Origin: Gemmatimonadota bacterium
GTDB lineage: Bacteria; Gemmatimonadota; Gemmatimonadetes; Gemmatimonadales; GWC2-71-9
NCBI GenBank assembly: GCA_036679645.1
Contig: JAZDCY010000060.1
Location: 1-64,000 of the forward strand
Length of the DNA: 64,000 bases
Reading direction: 5' to 3'
The notes beneath the pieces were generated by a model. It was not told the DNA's origin and did no database searches. It worked only from the letters and a program-made list of their open reading frames with translations. A program made the translations under genes and the position numbers. Positions 60,632-64,000 of this stretch are shown here, one piece after another. Within the stretch, counting starts at the first letter, position 1. Each line of letters begins with the position of its first letter.

Positions 60632-60913
60632 CTACGCTAGCTTGGGCGTTTCCTTCCAGTTCCACCATTTCAACAACTCCGGCTCGTGGGAACCGTTGCT
60701 CGCGTAGTACACCGCGCAGCGGAAGACATAGAGCACGCAGCGGTCCATGTGGGCACCGCGAAGGTGGCACAGTCGATCGTAGAGTTCTTCGGGGTCCCTG
60801 CCGCGGAGGTCACTCACCCGGTGAATCCCAAGATCCCGCAGAACCTGCTCCATACTCGGCCCGATACCGGGGATCTCGCGTAGGTTGGAGACAGTCCTGG
60901 TTGTGGTTGTCAC
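60632..60913 (-). CDS. Cdd1/helix-hairpin-helix family protein
   Basis: LREIPGIGPS...DL..RDPEELY..LC...DRCVLYVFRCAVYYA...KWWNWK. Confidence 0.85.
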   Translation of the reverse strand: MTTTTRTVSNLREIPGIGPSMEQVLRDLGIHRVSDLRGRDPEELYDRLCHLRGAHMDRCVLYVFRCAVYYASNGSHEPELLKWWNWKETPKLA

Positions 60914-60972
60914 CGCGGGAAGCCCCTTCCGTGTTGTGCCTCTTTCAGCATAGCACGGCGGGAGCGGAGTCG

Positions 60973-62094
60973 CTAGAAGACCGATCCCAACAGGAGATAG
61001 GCGAGACCCCCAAGGAGTGCAGCGCAGGGGAGCGTGATCACCCATGAGAGCAGGATACCGCGCATCACGCGCGCGTCGGCTTGCCCGGTGACGAGCCCTA
61101 TGCCGAACAGGGAGCCGACCGACACGTGAGTCGTGGATACCGGGAGGCCGAGTCGGCTGGCCCCGATGACCAGGAGCCCGGTCGTTAGGTTCGCCGCCAG
61201 ACCCTGCCCGTGGTTCAGGGTGGTGATCTTGCGTCCCATCGTCTGCGCCACATTCCGCGCGCTCAAGAATGCACCCACGGCCATGCTGGCGCCTACTATC
61301 AGCAGCGCGCCGGGCACGTGCGTGACACGATGAACGAGCAGGAGTGCCGCAATCTTGGGCGTGTCGTTCAGGCCGCGGGCGAAGCTCACGACCCCGGCGC
61401 TCGCGTAGTGAGCCGTATCGACGAGCTGTTGCCAGGACACGCCGAAGAACTGTCCGTGGTAACGCCTCTCGCAACGCGCGGTTTCGTCCACCGCGACGTG
61501 CAGCTCGCCCACCGTACCGGTTAGGGCGGCCATCCCGCCGGCGACCGCGGTTACGGGGGGTACGACCTGCCCCACGCACACACAGGTGTCACTCGCGATC
61601 CCGAGGTGTTGTCGCGCGTGGTGCAGCGTCAAGTAGAGCAGACCGCCGACGAGCACGGCCAGGAGTGGACTCAGGAGCAGCGGAAGCAAGAACGTAGATG
61701 AGAGAGCGTTCAGGCTCACCGCGGTGCCCGCTGCAGCGAGACCCGCGCCGACAATCGCACCGACCAACCCGTGCGTCGTGGAGATAGGAAAGCCAAGTCT
61801 CGTGGCGAGTGCCACGGTACCGCCGGCACCTACGGCAATCGCCAGCAGAAACGATCCTCCGCCCGCGATCTGATCGGGAACGAGGCCTTTGCCGGAGAAG
61901 GCTGCCAGCAGGGACTGCGCCAGAAAAAGTGATGCGACCGAGCCGAGGAATGTGGTGACGGTACCCCACGTCAGGGCAGTTCGATAATCGGCTGTGTCGC
62001 TGCCCAACAGCGACGCGACGCCCTTGAAGTTGTCGTTGGCGCCGTTTGCGTAGGCCAACAGGCAGGTTGCTGCGAACAGGAAGGAGCCCAGCAA
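60973..62094 (-). CDS. inorganic phosphate (PiT family)/sulfate permease
   Basis: NGANDNFKG, PISTTH, ARGLNDTPK, PVSTTH. Confidence 0.9.
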   Translation of the reverse strand: MLGSFLFAATCLLAYANGANDNFKGVASLLGSDTADYRTALTWGTVTTFLGSVASLFLAQSLLAAFSGKGLVPDQIAGGGSFLLAIAVGAGGTVALATRLGFPISTTHGLVGAIVGAGLAAAGTAVSLNALSSTFLLPLLLSPLLAVLVGGLLYLTLHHARQHLGIASDTCVCVGQVVPPVTAVAGGMAALTGTVGELHVAVDETARCERRYHGQFFGVSWQQLVDTAHYASAGVVSFARGLNDTPKIAALLLVHRVTHVPGALLIVGASMAVGAFLSARNVAQTMGRKITTLNHGQGLAANLTTGLLVIGASRLGLPVSTTHVSVGSLFGIGLVTGQADARVMRGILLSWVITLPCAALLGGLAYLLLGSVF

Positions 62095-62207
62095 TGTGGT
62101 GTCCCGGAAGAAGGCTATGGGTTGGGGTAGATCATTGTGGCAACGGGTGGACGGGATACCGGGTTCCCCGGGAAGGGTGGCGGGATGTGGACCGTGTCGC
62201 CAAACGG

Positions 62208-63020
62208 CTAGCTGGCAAGCTGCAACACCTCCCGAACTCGTGTACTCGCATCCTCGAGCAACCGCACCTTGTAGGCCTCGCTCGCCGGCTTATCGGGGTA
62301 GTGCAGGCTCGAGCCGGCGTCGAGCAACATGCGCACCAGTTCGACATACTCGTCCTGCCGTTGTTCGGCGCCACCGGAATAACGCGAGCCATGGACGGCC
62401 CAGCCGAGCGGCGAACCTTCGTGTGTCGTATCGAAAGCGTCCAGAGGTGCCCCGGCATCGATCAGTAACCGGGTATTGGCTGGTTGACCGAACCATGCGG
62501 CCTGATGTAGCGGTGTTCCCGAGTCGAGTCCGGGAGCGGCCAGGTCGGCACCCGCCGCGATCAGAAAAGCGACCGGCTGGGCATCGTTGCGACCGGCGAC
62601 GTCTGCAAGCAGCCTATCCTCTTCCGCGTTGCCTGTGCGCGCTACGTCATGATGCTCGGCGAGCATACTGCCCGCCTCTTTGAGACGCCCGTTGATGACG
62701 GCGATCGCAAATCGATCTGCGTCATTCAACTCGGCATTGGCACCTCGTCGGACAAACAACGTGACCAACTCGTCAAACCCTCGGCGGGCCGCGTGGGCGT
62801 ACGCGGTCTTCCCGCCCGCCGCTTGCGCGTCGATCTCGGCACCGCGATCGAGGAGAATCGCGACGGCTGTTTCTCTGCGCCGGCGTGTGGCAACGTGTAG
62901 CGGCGTTTCGGAATCGGGACTAGCGCATGCATTTGGATCGGCGCCGTCCTCGAGTAGCCGACGCAGGCCAGCGTCGCCATCCGGTCCGAAGTGGTGGTCA
63001 AGGAATTCGTGAAGAGTCAC
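62208..63020 (-). CDS. ankyrin repeat protein
   Basis: GADPN, TPLHVA, GAEID, TPLHQAAW, SPLGWA. Confidence 0.88.
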   Translation of the reverse strand: MTLHEFLDHHFGPDGDAGLRRLLEDGADPNACASPDSETPLHVATRRRRETAVAILLDRGAEIDAQAAGGKTAYAHAARRGFDELVTLFVRRGANAELNDADRFAIAVINGRLKEAGSMLAEHHDVARTGNAEEDRLLADVAGRNDAQPVAFLIAAGADLAAPGLDSGTPLHQAAWFGQPANTRLLIDAGAPLDAFDTTHEGSPLGWAVHGSRYSGGAEQRQDEYVELVRMLLDAGSSLHYPDKPASEAYKVRLLEDASTRVREVLQLAS

Positions 63021-63478
63021 TCCTCGCCGCCCTTTGCATCGAGGTGCGCTGCCACGTAGTCACAGTCGTATGTCGTCACTTCCAGGCGGTGGGCCCAGGG
63101 ATCACAGAAGTGGAACGAGTACGCGCCGCGGTGATCGCTCACGCTGGCTCGTGAGACGCGCTCGCCGCGGATGTCTTTCAGCTCGAGTGTCGCGAGCTGA
63201 TCGGCGAAAGCAACGAAGCCCGGTCCGTCTATCCGAAAGGCAACCTGATCGTACCCGCCGCGCTTGCCACTCGACGCACTTCCCGTGAAGAGGGCCAGCT
63301 TCGTGTTGCCGGCGTCAGGGGAAATCATCAGGGGGCCGTTGGGGTCTGCGGCCCAGTGCTCGTGTTGCTCGAGGATTGTGAGACCAAGCACCCTCTCGTA
63401 CCAGCGGGCCGCCTCGTAGCGCTCCGGCACGAAGAGTTCGACATGATCGAGCTGCTGAACGCGAAAGCTTTCAAACAT
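63017..63478 (-). CDS. VOC/glyoxalase family protein
   Basis: LDHVEL.V...AARWYERVLG; DPWAHRLEV. Confidence 0.85.
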   Translation of the reverse strand: MFESFRVQQLDHVELFVPERYEAARWYERVLGLTILEQHEHWAADPNGPLMISPDAGNTKLALFTGSASSGKRGGYDQVAFRIDGPGFVAFADQLATLELKDIRGERVSRASVSDHRGAYSFHFCDPWAHRLEVTTYDCDYVAAHLDAKGGEE

Positions 63479-63753
63479 CAGCCCTCGATGATGTTGTGCA
63501 CAGGCCGAATCTGGGGTTGCGGTGGCGCAATGCCGATCTTCTGAAATGCGGGTATGAGGGACTGCGCAAAAGCGCTCAGGTTGTCCTCACTGTCCCATAC
63601 GTCCACAACAAACCAGCCCGCTCCGTCCGGTGACGCGACGTGATAGAGGCGACCTTTCGGGGCACCAGCACCGCTGTTGTCGAGTTCCTTGACCACGGTG
63701 TCGTACTGCTCCGCGGTCATCTCCGGGGCGTTGAAGACTGCCGTGATGGCCAT
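63478..63753 (-). CDS. small dimeric alpha-beta barrel-like hypothetical protein
   Basis: MTAEQYD, GRLYHVA, VVDVWDSE pattern; AAGGGA RBS. Confidence 0.75.
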   Translation of the reverse strand: MAITAVFNAPEMTAEQYDTVVKELDNSGAGAPKGRLYHVASPDGAGWFVVDVWDSEDNLSAFAQSLIPAFQKIGIAPPQPQIRPVHNIIEG

Positions 63754-64000
63754 GTGATTTCCCTTCCGCCCTTGGCGGCGCTATGGTGGAGTGAATCGGA
63801 ATGCGCTGTTTCGTTTGCCAGCGATCACTTTCCTCGAGCACAGTACGTGGACCATCGCCGTCAAGCCAGGCCCTGGCACCGAGTCACGGCCTCTGTTACG
63901 CGTTGCGTACCTCGTATCTCCAGCTACGTGATGAATCTGCACTCATGATTGGGGAACCGACAACCTGTACCGTCCAAGGTCTGTCGAGAAACGGCGCGCT

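Overview
GC-rich bacterial chromosomal segment. The gene content and the 'ACSDxxGP'-type lipoprotein signals suggest Gemmatimonadota (inference). Most genes are metabolic or housekeeping: queG, a LOG/deoxyhypusine-synthase-like operon, glpD, fadIJ, proline dehydrogenase, rsgA, a fused 2-oxoacid dehydrogenase E1, lon, a fused LeuD-LeuC-type hydratase, leuB, argE, ALDH7, pfkA and ispH. The window also holds envelope proteins and two accessory patches (~21-25 kb, ~60-64 kb). I recognised no rRNA, tRNA, CRISPR array or intact IS. Main observations: (1) a candidate undescribed regulatory module at 31.7-34.7 kb. Two paralogous 63-70 aa lipopeptide genes flank a SARP-type (wHTH-BTAD-AAA) regulator. 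They share identically spaced TTGA direct repeats upstream and a conserved two-stem RNA motif downstream. (2) A SelW/Rdx selenoprotein (CxxU, in-frame TGA plus SECIS-like hairpin) missed by the ORF track. (3) Short internal deletions in fadI (frameshift) and lon (in frame). (4) Dispersed heptamer/octamer tandem-repeat tracts placed right after stop codons and around a DUF559 gene. Family assignments are by motif recognition only; no database search was run.
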